Below, piece after piece: positions 48,866 to 62,357 of a stretch of 64,000 nucleotides of DNA. The position numbers and the translations under genes are program-made. The stretch is from Octopus sinensis. Its lineage: Eukaryota. The notes under the pieces were generated by a model. It saw nothing but the letters and a program-made list of their open reading frames with translations, was not told where the DNA came from and ran no database searches. Location: assembly GCF_006345805.1 (NCBI RefSeq), contig NC_042998.1:72354001-72418000 (forward strand), given 5' to 3'. Numbering within the stretch: the stretch's first letter is position 1; the number at the start of each line of letters is the position of its first letter.

Positions 48866-50831
48866 AAAAGCGAAAAAACTACAGAAGGCTTAAAGGTTAA
48901 AAAATATATATATTTGCGTCAATATGTCTGAAGAATATTAAAAATCTTTTTTCCTTACAATGACATAATTTAGAAGAAAGACCGGTTTCGCGTTTAGCTT
49001 TTCAAATTTCTTACGACGTTATGTTTATGTTGAATAGAGTTATCGTTATGTTTATGTTTAAAAGAGTTCTAAATAAGGGGAGGTAATGAGTGATTTCTTC
49101 CGGTGTAAGGGAGATAATCGCTTAAATTTTTTTCCTTTCCCTTGGTGTGAATTTCTCTGTATCAGTATGTTGGCATGGTTAAGTCTGGGCTTGTAATTTT
49201 CAATGAAGAATGTTTCCTTGTTTAGTCTAATTTGTGTTGATGATCCGATAGCACATTGGTAAATGGAAAGATTAAAAATTGTGGTAGTAGTTGCTTTGCG
49301 CATTTCTCAATGTGCTCACTAAAAGGTATCATTCTGTATTCTGGGAATGCAATCTGTTGTCGATGCAGTGTGCATCTACGTCTGAGTGATAGTCCCGTGG
49401 ATCCCACGTAGTCTTGGTGGCAGCCCGAGCATTTTATGACATAAATTATGTTTTCAGAGGCACAAGTAAAGTTAGATTTGATCTTGAATTTCTGTCGCTC
49501 TTTAAAGAGGAATTCTGATCCTTCTAGCAGGTTTGGACATGTTGCACAGTTCGATCTACCACATTTTTTTACTTTTGCATCCGTAATTTCAGAAAACAAT
49601 TTTGCCTTTGTGAGAATCTTTTTAAGTGATTTAGGTTGTTTGTAGCTTTTAATGATTTGGTGTATGTTTAGAATTTCCTTTAATTTGGGGTCCTTATGAA
49701 GTATTGGTAAATTCTGGGTGATGATGATGAAGGCTTCTTTGTTTCTGGGATTGCATGTAGATATGTAAGGTAGTATTTTCGGGGAAGGTGTGTTGTTGTG
49801 TTGAACTTTTCTTAAAGTTTCTATGTTGATTTCTGTTGCACGTCTGATCCCATCCTCTATGAGTTGAGTTGGGTTAATGTCTGTCAATTAGGGTGTTTTT
49901 GAGTTCTTGCAGTCTAAAGTTCCTGGTATTTTGTTCTGACACTATTGTGCATATCCTTCTTGCAAGGTTGAAGGGGATGTTCGTTTTAGTGTGTCTTGGG
50001 TGGCATGAATTAAAAAGAAGGTATTGTTTGGCGTCTGTGGCTTTGTAAAAAATGCCTGTTTCTATTTTAAGGTTAATTTTTTTAATTAGTATATCCAAGA
50101 ACGGGAGCTCCTTTTGGTTGCGTTCCATTGTGAACTGTATATTTGGGTTTATGCTGTTCAATAGGTTTTTAAATTTTAGGACTTTATATGTATTTTCATT
50201 CCAGAGTATAAAACAATCGTGTAAGAACCGTTTCCAATTCTCTTTTATGTATTGAGAAAGGGGGTTTCCAAAGATTGATAAAGATTCCTGATAAATGATT
50301 ATTTCCATGTAGCCCATTGTTAGGTTCGCAATGACTGGTGCTGCCCTTGTACCCATAGCAATTCCGGATTTTTGACGGTAAAATGTATTGTCAAACATGA
50401 AGTGGTTATTATGTAGGATGAATTCAATTGATTTAGTAATGAATTCTTTACTGATCCTTTTTGGTATTTCTTCCGGAAATCGGTCCAGCCAGAACTGTAT
50501 TGCCTCTAGTCCATAATTATGAGGTATACTGGTATATAAGTTAACTACATCAAATGAAACCAGGATTGTGTCTTCCTTGGCTTTTTTTGGAAGGTGGTTT
50601 AACATATCTAAGTCATCTCTGATATGGCTATCGATATGTTTAAGGAAGGGTTCCAGGAGGATGTCCATAAATACAATGGGTCATAAGAAATTTGAAAAGC
50701 TAAACGCGAAACCGGTCTTTCTTCTAAACTATGTCATTGTAAGGAGAAAAAAAATTTAATATTCTTCAGACATATTGGCGCAAATATATATATTTTTTAA
50801 CCTTTAAGCCTTCTGTAGTTTTTTCGCTTTT
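48866..50831 (-). mobile_element. Penelope-like element (RT plus GIY-YIG), 5'-truncated, with 152-bp inverted ends
   Basis: ORF 49874-50668 has PLE-type RT motifs (SFDVVNLYTSIP, GIAMGT..AP, LPFLD, SCHP). ORF 49222-49887 has C..C and IIYVIKC..C...YVGST. The segment 48866-49017 is the reverse complement of 50680-50831. Confidence 0.9.
49222..50668 (-). pseudogene. Penelope RT-GIY-YIG ORF remnant, inactive
   Basis: The catalytic DD is read as RFLHDCF, there is a frameshift at about 49880, and the RT N-terminus is missing. Confidence 0.85.
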
Positions 50832-50927
50832 TACTATTTTCTATATATTCAACCAAGTGCTTTCACAAACCAACTTTCTTATCTATATATATATATATAT
50901 ACATACATACACATATATATATATATA

Positions 50928-50958
<31 letters not shown>

Positions 50959-51554
50959 GTACACACACATATGTAGTGTCTAACTTAAATGGCCTAACTA
51001 TACTTCTTTCTTCCAGAGTTTCATTTTTCTGGAAACAAGGGTTAACATATTTTCTTTTGTACCTTTCGGTTAGGTGTATTCTACGTATTTTTATAACTGA
51101 AACAGAACAGAATAGCGTGTAGAAAACGTATGTTTAAATAAAGTTGTTTTTCGCTCTAAGAGGTGTTTATTTTTCTTGCTTTGAAAAGCATTCCGAACCT
51201 ATTTATCATCACATCAACAAACTAATCTCATTTACGGTCGATTTCTTTAGAGTATTATTAATGCGAATCGCGTTCTTATTTTGATCCGGGCAACGTTTTC
51301 TCTTGATATTGATCGGCATTTAAAATGCCATTACTGTATTAGCAGGATCTACTTTTCAATGCAGGTGTTTAAGAATGCGAATGTGTTGACTTGAATCAAT
51401 CATTCCGTTTTCGTTTTCGCTTTCCTGTTTTCATTCTCAGGTGCACAATAAGATTCACTAAAATATTTTTTGCCTCTTTCAAAAAGATGATTTCCTATAC
51501 TTAAACATGCACATTAAACAAAATCTTAAAGAAATGTGTCTACAAGATACATCC

Positions 51555-51558
51555 ATCC

Positions 51559-51642
<84 letters not shown>

Positions 51643-51719
51643 CTCTATCTCTCTATCTATCTATCTATCTATCTCTCTATCTATCTATCTACCTGTCTGT
51701 CTATCTATATGTCTCTCTC

Positions 51720-51778
<59 letters not shown>

Positions 51779-51879
51779 CTCTATCTCTCTATCTCTCTAT
51801 CTATCTATCTATCTATCTCTCTATCTATCTATCTACCTGTCTGTCTATCTATATGTCTCTCTATCTATCTATCTACCTG

Positions 51880-51955
<76 letters not shown>

Positions 51956-51980
51956 GATCTATCTGTCTGTCTGTCTGTCT
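51555..51980. repeat. (TCTA)n compound microsatellite with ~120-bp internal higher-order duplication
   Basis: Direct reading; the interruption CTACCTGTCTGTCTATCTATATGTCTCTCT recurs at about 51690 and 51833. Confidence 0.9.
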
Positions 51981-52039
51981 GTCAGCCTACCTGCCTGTCT
52001 GTCTGTTTCTCTCTCCCTCTCTGTATAGGACGCCATGAC

Positions 52040-52275
52040 AGAACGTTAGCTCCTACACGCAGTTTTTCTCTCCTTTTTTGTCTCCATTTTTTGTCTCCTT
52101 GCTTTTCTCTCCTTGTTTCCGTCCTTGTTTTTTTCTGTGTATCTTTCTGTCGAAGAGCGTAGGCTCGAAACGTAAAAGACCTTTTCTATTTCTATTCCTG
52201 AGCGCTATACTAATACATTTGTTTGTTTGTACTCCACCTGCCTTCGTCTTTTGTTTACTTTCGTAAACTTTCCCG
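52040..52275 (+). mobile_element. Solo Penelope pLTR-like repeat containing a minimal hammerhead-like motif (52142-52179)
   Basis: UCUUU-CUGUCGAA-GAGC(GUAG)GCUC-GAA-ACGU-A-AAAGA; the 3' end abuts (TA)n. The Penelope assignment is inferred from the motif. Confidence 0.55.
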
Positions 52276-53978
52276 TTATATATATATATATATATATCTG
52301 TCTCTCTGTTTGTCTTTGTCTCTGTCTCTCTGTCTCTCTGTCCCTCTCTCTCACTCTCTATATATATATATATACATCTATCCGTCCGTCCGCCCGTCCG
52401 CCTGTCTGTCTATCTATCTTCTATCTATTTATAATCTACTTGTCTAGCTCTCTAGCTATATACATATATACTAAATATGTATACTACATAATTATATCTA
52501 ATTCAATCGAAATTATGCACTCACTGAATTTACTTCAGTTTTAATTTTGCTTGTTTCAGGCAGATACTGCGGTATAACGAATCACCGCCATTGGAATGAT
52601 TCTTAGTTTGTTTACTTCCCTTTCACTGATCGCTATTCGCTTTTAGTTCTAGTGAATAAGTCAGCTGAACAAAATTGCTCTTATTTGATTTGCTTTCTGT
52701 GATATGTTTACATCTGGCATCACAGAGAATAGTTAGTATCGTCTTTGAACATAACCATATTAACTTCACATAAATCACCGAGATATTTTGATTAGTTATT
52801 GAACATGTGTGAATCTTTCAATTTTTGACTTTCTGTAGTTATTATATCTTTCAATACCAGAACTAGTATTTCTATTATATACCTAACAGCATATCTTTCT
52901 TACCTTCGCTCTAGAAGTAGAGTCTCAGTTCTTATAGCTTCACCAACTAGCGTGTCTCGGCGCTTTCTCGTAATTGCGTGGGCTTGTTGTGCTTCGCTGT
53001 TAATTTGAAACTGTATAATGACTTTAAGTTGAAGCGGTCTTACAGTCGACTGTAAGAAAGGTTCACCGCGAGATCAACCTCATATTCTTGCTTTGAATGC
53101 TCTCATAATTCAACCAGCCAATCGGTCTGCACACTATTGTCATCTTAGATATATGCACACAGAATGAAGCATCATTCCTCATGTGGATTCGCAAACCACG
53201 CACCGATCCTGAGTTCAAGATTGCATTCATGGCCGTCCAATGTATTCTGACTGCATCCTGATTGTGGGCTGATAGCGGAGAGCTTGAAATTTTTCTCATT
53301 AGAAACGAATTTCACTTCATTCACAGTGTTTCTATATTGTGTTCATATTTTCGGTGGTTCTGAGCTGTTATTATCATCATTGATTAGCTGTGACACTTTT
53401 ATGCCGTCAAGGTATTTGGTGAGTGTGACATAATGTAAATTTTAATAACATTCAAATTTGAGTAACATCCAAATTTTAATCTATAATTTTATGTATAGCA
53501 ACACTGTTGCCAGGGAAATTTCTATGCAGTTCACCAATAGATTACATATATAACAGTTTACGTTAATTCACTTATTTTATTTTCAAGTTGTACTATGCAT
53601 TTGCTTTTTCTCTCTGGGCGTATCTATAAAATTTCAGTCTTATATTGAGTCGATTCCCTTAACGAAACATTTCCCCTTCTGTATAAATATTGGGTGAGCT
53701 TCTTTTTATTATTTCGTTTCACAGAAATTTTAAGATTATTCCCAATACATAATGAAGCAGGAGAGGTTTTGAACTGCATTCGCAATATCATGTATATGCC
53801 TTATTTTTGGAGTATGTCTAATATGAATTGTATTGTCTGTTAGGAATATGTCAAATCTTTATACAAATATACATAATATTGTTGGAAAAACCTGTCATTT
53901 TACATTTTAATATTCGCTAGAGTCTCACATTTCCATGATGACATTTTGTTATATTTTATATTTTTAGAATATATATAT

Positions 53979-54061
<83 letters not shown>

Positions 54062-54102
54062 ATATATATATATATACATACATACACACACACACACATT
54101 TG

Positions 54103-54133
<31 letters not shown>

Positions 54134-55146
54134 TGAGAGAGAGAGAGGAATAAACGATTATCTTATAAACTTGATTAGCTTACAGTTTTTTCGGCTATGA
54201 GGTGATGTGGACTCGTAGTTGAGAGTTTGAATAACGCCATATGGCTGCATGGGAGGTTGGAATATGAAGTGCAATATATTTCGTTCTGAAATATAATTAT
54301 ATTGAATTCTACACCAGATCATAATTCTCGTAATGCATAAGTTATATATATATATATATACATACATGCATTGCTAATGATGAGTTATTTACTTAAATTC
54401 TCATATACCTAATCCTTTGAACACTTATTATTGTTTCTATGTAGGATTTCTTCACAATATTTCATTCCGAAAATTAAGAATGTCACTGATGATATTTTCT
54501 GAAAAGTTTTTAAGTCGTTAAAAAGTTCCTGAATCAACTCATCTTGGAAAAAGAAATTACATAGAAATGAAGAAGAGCAAACATAGAACGCAGATAAAAC
54601 ACTTTCCTGTCTTGAGCAGTAATTGATAAGCCTGTCTTGTAGCACAAGATGTGAGCCGTCTTCTTTTATGGAAATAAAATGGAAAATATAACAATGAATA
54701 CATAATTTATAAAAGAAACTAGAGAAGGTAGACATCTTCTTTATTGTATATTTGGTGGACAGACTTACAAGACAATGTATGGTGACTTCCGCAATTCTCT
54801 GATATTTTTTCTGTAATAATGGACGTTATTTTGTGCCAAAAGTTCACAAGAAAAATTGTTGTCGCATATCTTTTCAAGAGTGAAGAATGAAAATAATATA
54901 CTCTATTTGATACTAAGTCTGCATTGTAGGTCTTTGTGCATAAATAGTTATTTTCAATGGAAACATTCTGATATATCAAGCATTGGTGATAATTATATTA
55001 GTGTTATTGATGAAGAAAACAGAGGCATATTTGGGAGAAATTTAAGCAGCTGTTATACGCAAAGTACAATATAATCAATTATACTAGTGATAGCAAATAT
55101 CACACCGAATATTCTTATGCACAGTGTAAACTAGAATGACTCCAAC

Positions 55147-55177
<31 letters not shown>

Positions 55178-57639
55178 GTGTGTGTGTGTGTGGTGTGTGT
55201 GTGCGTGAGTGTGTGTGTTTTTGTGTGTGTAGGTGTGTGTGTGCGTGTGTGGTTGTATATTTATATGTAGATATATTTTTATATATAATTTATAACCGAG
55301 GTCCATGATGCTGATTTCTTTTATCTAACTACAGGCTCCGAAATTCTGAAGCATTTCTTTCATCAGATATTCGCAATGAAGCCTGCTTACAGTCTTCTTA
55401 ATCTAATGTACAAATAAAGATTCGGCAACTGCATTTGCGGCAACAATTTTAGAAAGAAATTAACTAACACCGAAATGTTTCGTTTTTAACATAGCGTTTA
55501 TACATTATAAAACTTATTTTATACTATGCATACTATGTATATCTTTTTTCAGTTTAGATCCTGCGTATTACTCCATTGTGTTATTTCATGCGTTCACTGC
55601 GTACTTGTAATTTGTATATTCTGACAATATCTCGAATGCAATCTCGTAAACAACAATGACAGTAAGATTCTACTTTGGCCGGCGATGCTTGCTATGTATG
55701 AAAACAAAGCAGTTCATGCAAGAAAGCTTATAGTTTCGTTTCGTAAAACACTTAAATGATTCCTAAAATGGATAATTTAAATATAAATCGATTTGTGCGT
55801 ATTTTTATATTTATTTTTTAAGTATTTTGCCAATGCAAACTTATAGACAAATTCTATGGAAATATGTCTGTCGTCGAACACAACTCTCTGGATTGAATGA
55901 TTATAAAATTTAATTTCCTTCTTTCCGTTTCCATTTCCATTTCATTAAACGAGCTTCATCATGATTTAGCTATGGTCCAATAAGCAGCTAATTACAAGAG
56001 AGAAGAACACATACACACAAGCACATACGTATACAATTACATGTCGAAAAAGCACCCACGCGAACACAGACTCATGCAAAATAATACGCATACATATTCA
56101 TATGAAAAGAAGAGAAACGTTTCACATGTAAAAGCAACACTATTGCTATATCAACCTCCTGTCATCACACTGTATACTGAATTATTCTTAAGTACAAGTA
56201 CTCACTGAAGGAAGACAAGAGATTTGCCAGAGAATAAGAGAAAATAAATAAGAAGTAGCTATCAGCATCAGGAACACTTATAGTCACATTTAAACCACAC
56301 GTCAAAAAGACGGTTTCAAGTAATGTCGCTATATAACAATAACACTTATAGTCACATTTAAACCACACGTCAAAAAGACGGTTTCAAGTAATGTCGCTAT
56401 ATAACAATAACAACACAATTTAAATTTATTTCAAATATCAAGTACTAAAAACGAGGCGAAGAAAGACGGAAATAAGCCTGCAAAATATCCAAATTCTACG
56501 AAAAGATAAACAATGCAGAAATGTGAAGCCTTGTAGATTTCTTTAGCTTAAAAACAAAACTTCTTGCAAGTGAACACAATATTTGTAGTCAAATATTTCA
56601 ACATACGCCTGCAAATTTTGTGAGATTTTCCCAGAGATATAATATTATAAATCCAGCGACTACCTATCTCAAATCTAGCATTCCCGTGTTTATTTAAAAT
56701 TATCAAGTCTCGCATATCTCGTCCCACCTGGAAAAAATAAGTCAGAATAGTATACTCCAACGTTGTACGATTCACATCTATTGCATGAAACGTAGATTGC
56801 AATTTCAAAAATATATATAGTGTAATTTTCTAATTAAAGTTGCAATACCAATCTTCAATACCTGCTACCCACTTTTAATCAAAATATGAATCAGCTCAGA
56901 AAAAATACAAATGCAATACTTCTAGAAAAGTTATTGGAAAAAAGGTAAACGTGTTAAAATAAACCAATTTTTTATTCATTCACTAATTTATTTATTTCTG
57001 TAATTCCATAAAATATCAGAGCAAAACATGTTTATAAGATAATAAAGCTTAATAAGTTGAACTAGAGGCTTGAACAAGTACACTTACCTAACGAACATAT
57101 CAGATACTTAACTAACGGAAGTGCCTATAAATATTCAGAGTGGAGAACAGGTTCATTTTATCGGCTCCCTACGAGAGACCATTTTTGGATGCTCTTGCAA
57201 TTTCAAATCATGTCGTGGTCCACTCTGAATTTTGCCTATTAGGGGTTGATAACTAAACAAGAATCTAGAGGTTTGGAGAGTTTGAAAGATTAATGTTAAA
57301 GGTGTTTTCTCGCGGTATATAATCTAGTTCTGTCTTTTGAGTTTAAACCGCGCTATGATGTACATAGATGCCACACTTAATAAGGCGCCCGGATTAACAC
57401 TACCACCTTGTCCATGGGAGATTATTTCAGTGTTTTCTTTATTCCAAACTTCCATAGAAATTCTTAAGTCGAAGGATACTTTCCGCCTTTCCTGTCTTAA
57501 AAGCCCTGTAATATGTGAGAAGCATTGTCTTTCTAGGCTGAGTGGAATATCCCTCCATATATAAAAATAAAATACAAACATACACAAGCTAAGAATCCTC
57601 ACACCAGTGGGAACTTCACATAATATGCTGAATACATAA

Positions 57640-58110
57640 TACAGACCGCCAGCTTATGTTAGACTTTTTAACAGGTAGCTATATACCGTATTTGATGACC
57701 TATAACTAAAAATAGCTTTCTACTTTTGAGAAGCCTACATTCTCAACAGTGGCATTTAGGCAGAGTATCACGTATCCCATTATCTCCAGAACTGCAGTTA
57801 TAAACCTGAACTTGTCTGGATAGTGTAGCTGTAGATTCCTCATTAGTTCAGCGTATTTTGTTTTTCAATGATTTTACCTATATGTTAACATCCGCCGGGC
57901 AGCTGATTTCTACAACACTACACAATTTTTCTCCCCATTCCAAATTACTATGCCAGACCTGTTATGCTTACATTTTATTGAGGTTTTCACTAGGATATTC
58001 CACCAGTACTCCCTTTTATTATGAGTGGCAATGCTTCTACCATGCTGTAGGTGTATGCTCACATAAGAAGAACAAAAGAAAGTGACATGTCCTTCCCGAG
58101 CCATAGACTC
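57640..58110 (-). mobile_element. Decayed RLE retrotransposon family D, second fragment
   Basis: HNKREYWWNILVKTSIKCKHNRSGIV matches 46873-47076; the downstream sequence aligns with 46740-46920. Confidence 0.65.
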
Positions 58111-58149
58111 AAAAGGATAGTTACCCGGATTTTTTAGTGTAAGTTCATC

Positions 58150-58330
58150 ACCTCACCATCCTGCATTACTCATTTACAGGATTACTCATTTTTGCAAGCT
58201 GAGTGGGGAAGCAGCAACGCCAAATATCTGTTTTGCTCAAGAACACATCGTATCGCTTGCTTCAAGGATCGAAGCGCAATCTTTTGATCATGATTTCAAC
58301 TCCCTAACCACTAAGCCACGCGTCTCAACT
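58150..58330 (-). mobile_element. Decayed tRNA-derived SINE
   Basis: The reverse complement begins GAGACGCGTGGCTTAGTGGTTAGGGAGTTG...GCTTCGATCCTTG, with A- and B-box-like motifs. Confidence 0.55.
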
Positions 58331-59139
58331 ATGTATGCCCTGCAATATGCTATTTCATTCGTGTTAGGATGATTATCGATTACTGTTCTATTATGTCGAT
58401 TGCAAGTATAACCTACCGAATAGGAATTATTATCACACATAATTCCATTTCTATCGTTGAAATCGCAGATACACGTAGCAGAGGAATGCATTTAGGTTCG
58501 TTTCCATTTGTTTATGAAGCCAACAGAAGATCTTCCCTAGTTCCTCATAAATAAACTGATCTTTAATGCAGCCTCAATGCTATTATTTTCTCCATCTGCG
58601 TTTCAGATTCTAAATGAAAGAGAACAGGAGCGGTCTCGAAAATATTAACACCTCAACGTTTCTGCATTTGCATGCTGCTGTGACAAGAATAAACGTTTTT
58701 ACTTAAATGGTTACTTGGTGATCGTGATATTCATTTTTATAACGACCAATAATTCTTTTAATCTTTGGCCATAAAATATCTCAACAATGTACACATTCTG
58801 TACCTCATAGTTTTGAGGTTGGATCACATATGTTACAAAGACTACTTGATGTATTCTCTGACATTTCACCCATGATTACCTTTTCATTGTATTATGAAAT
58901 ATCAAGCTGTGCAACTTAGTTCTTAAAGTTGTATTTGCCTGTCATTTTTAATGCCACTTCCAAAACGCAGTATTCATGTCTTAACACTCCTCTATTATGG
59001 TTAGATGCTCATCCGAGCCACACCTTGTTTATATTTTCCGAGTAAACGAATACTAAGTCTTCATGTCTAATATGAGTTTCGGATGCCTATTCAAATGCAT
59101 AAAGACCAGAAGAGATAAGGAGAAAGACACGGAGTGAGG

Positions 59140-59203
<64 letters not shown>

Positions 59204-60699
59204 TAAAACTTGGTAAACATGGAGGGTGAAAAATGTAGAGAAACATATACAAATGAATAAATCAAATGTTATATATATATAATATTATTTATATTTACAG
59301 TAGATAATAACGAAAAATTCATAGTTTAATTTCTTTGAAATATTAACGTAATTAATATTACTTCAGATTTTAAATTATAATGACGGCAATGGATCTGAAA
59401 TATATTTTCTTTTTCTTTTTCGATTATGAATATCTCGCCGGAAGATATTATACAGAGTGTACAATTGAAACTATAATAAACAATTACTTTTACATAGCAA
59501 CGCGAGCGAATACAAGACTAGTCATTATTAAAATGTAATATAGACTCTTCCTATTTCGTCCAAGACTTAGAACTACTACGTGACAAATGGAAAAAGCTAA
59601 ATGTATTTTAGAGAGTAGCATGATGTCTGCGCAAGTTACCACCTAATTATATGAATGGTAGCAGAAATGGAACAGTAGGGATCTCCACTTATTTAATTGC
59701 TTCAGTTATTAGACTGCAGCCAAGCTGGGGCAACACATTCAAGCATTCATCGCTTTTATTTGAGCAAATCGGTTCTAGTTTTTAAGAATTAAAATTTTTT
59801 AAGACTTACTTTTTCTAGAATTTTAACTTACAGCCACATAAACAAGGGACGTAAACAAGGCTCAACTAGCTATCAAGCAGAGGGGAACAGGAAAATACAG
59901 AGTTAAACTCACATATACATATAGTCATGCATACACACACATACACATGTTATTCTCTTCTTGTATCATTCCATTAGCATAAATGCTTCTTTATTATAGT
60001 TTCATTGCCAATCCTGCTCGGATGCGGTCCTAGTGAAGTAGTGAGTTGGACAGGGATGCCTTTCTTGCATTTTTTGTCGTGATGTCAATTCCTCTGATAT
60101 ATACCAAACTCTGCCCTCTCGAATGTTTCTTTATATGCGAAAGTATAGTCCACAAATGCCGAATAGTAACCAACCAAGCATTGGTTTCAAGTGCCCCTAC
60201 CCAACACACATGATCTCTTTCTCGGATCCGAATTCTAAAGTATCTACTTCATTAGCAACTTGTATACACAACCTCAACTCCCAAAATATTCCCTATATCC
60301 TATCTTGGTCTATCGTCAGTGAATCTCTCCCATAAAACACTAATATTGCCACTCGAAAATTATGTTTAAATGTATCACTAACCATCCTTCGCAACTACAA
60401 TCCTTCATTACTTAAGAGATTCTTACATGTAATACTCTCTTGTAAACAGATGTTTTACTCATCGTTTGCTCATTTTGTTAAACTTATGTAATCCCCAAAC
60501 TACGATTATCCTTAATTACAATTAACCTTAATGTACAACTAGGTCGTACTAACAACTTAACCTCTCCACTACTACCACGTTTTCTACTAATTTATACATT
60601 TTCATGATTACGTTTTCACACTGCCAGCCCATCCATTCTCTTTGTATTCTTTCCTCATGTTCTCCTATCTCATATTCAACCAAAACCATTAACGATTAC

Positions 60700-61190
60700 C
60701 CCACTGCATTCATTATCAACCTATATCACTAACTATTCTTGCCTTGCCCACCAAATTACCCGCCCGCTCAGTCCACATCCATCCATTTCTATCTACCTCT
60801 CCCCTTCCTATTCACCTCCCTCTAATTATCCACATACACTACTATATATCTCAGTGCTTCTCCACCACCACCTTGATTTCCCCCTATAACCTAAACCATC
60901 TAGCACTAACTACTTGTTGCCTTGATTACCAACTTATCCGCCTGCTCTGTCCAACTCCATCGGTCTTTATTCACCTCTCCTATTTCTACTCACCTCCCTC
61001 TATTCGCATATTATTCTATATATATATCAGTACTTCTCCACCACAACCAATCCATATTCATTATTTGATTTCTCCCTATAACCTAAACAATCTAGCACTA
61101 TCTACGGCTGCTTTGACTACCAACTTACACGCCCGCTCTGTCCACCTCCCTCTATCTTCTCGCATACCTTTCGATATACATCAGTAATCT
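60700..61190. repeat. Degenerate G-poor tandem repeat, about 3 units of 180-190 bp
   Basis: GCC(C/T)GCTC(A/T)GTCCA recurs at about 60760, 60939 and 61131; CCCTATAACCTAAAC.ATCTAGCACTA recurs twice. Confidence 0.55.
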
Positions 61191-61689
61191 CCCTCTGTTG
61201 CCAACCTAACTTCTTTCTTCGAATTCCCTTAGCCACCGTATAAGAGCCTATGAATTAGAGCCTTTTCCTTCATCTAACTTCCCATAGTTTTTAGCCATTA
61301 TCCCTAAATTTTAACATCCATTCACAAACTCAACTACAACTGACCACCCTTCAGTCACTAAACATCCCACTCATCTCACTTATATCCAAATGCTCTACCG
61401 TTATCACTTCATTTCTGAATACATTGATTCTTAATCCACCCCATCTTCCTGTACTGGATCCTTTATCTCCTTTCACCCTTCCCAGACTCAGCACTCCACA
61501 CATCTCCAATCAGCCTCATAATTCCTCCCACTAATACTGCTTGCTCCTCCCACCAATACTGCTTGCTCCTCAACTTTAAACTTTCCTGCATCATGATATC
61601 TGAATCCATCACCCTCCACAGCCATTGAAGAAACTGTTGTCATCAAGTGACCAAGATTCCAAGCATTTCCAAAACAAACTTAGATTATA

Positions 61690-62045
61690 GGCGGACGAGT
61701 GACTTTGTGGTAAATAGCTTGCTTACCAACCACATAGTTCCGTGTTCAGTCCCACTGCATGGCATCTTGGGCAAGTGTCTTCTACTATAGTCTCGGGCCG
61801 ACCAAATACTTGTGAGTGGATTTGGACACAGACTGAGAGAAGCCCGTCGTGTATACGTATATGTATTTACGTGTGTGTGTGTGCGTGTATGTGTGTGTGT
61901 GTGTATGTTTGTGTGTATGTGTTTGTGTGTGTATGTTTGTCCCACCAACATCGCTTGACAACTGATGCTCGTGTGTTTACATACTCGTAACTTAGGTTTT
62001 CAAAGAATAAATCCTGGAGACAGAGACTGAAAGAAGCCCGTCGTG
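61690..62045 (+). mobile_element. tRNA-derived SINE (4847 family)
   Basis: GTGGTAAATAGCTTGCTTACCAACCAC...GTTCAGTCCCACTGC...TCTTGGGCAAGTGTCTTC...GAAGCCCGTCG with an internal (TG)n. Confidence 0.85.
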
Positions 62046-62277
62046 TATATATATATATATATTTGGTGAAATAGAAAGATGAATAATCTTGTTGCAGATT
62101 AATCAAAAGTTTAACCGATACATTGGTAGCAAAAATCACAGCAGGAGACAGCACCGTTGTAGGTACACCCATATGGTGTTGCAACCGTGCGTTGGTGCGG
62201 ATAATTGAATTTTAATATTATTAGTGAATTGAAGAAATGGAGTTGAACGAAGATTGAACAGAAATCGTTTTATTGCA

Positions 62278-62357
62278 TTCTACACGTGTTTCGAAAGCCA
62301 CAATTTACCAAATTCCGATTGAATAAGGAGACCATATTGTGTCTTTCTCTTCAGGAA
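62278..62357 (-). ncRNA. Type I hammerhead ribozyme motif with canonical core
   Basis: UUC-CUGAAGA-GAAAG...CUUUC-GAA-ACACGUGU-A-GAA: G10.1-C11.1 pair, helix II of 5 bp plus 6 bp (CACAAU/AUUGUG), palindromic helix III, GUA triplet, 3-bp helix I. Confidence 0.65.

Noticed and set aside
47550-52162. MYVC, HTYI and LSIY repeat ORFs
   Set aside because: They are translations of (TATG)n and (TCTA)n tracts.
56273-56408. 68-bp perfect tandem duplication
   Set aside because: Real but ordinary slippage or repair duplication with no associated structure.
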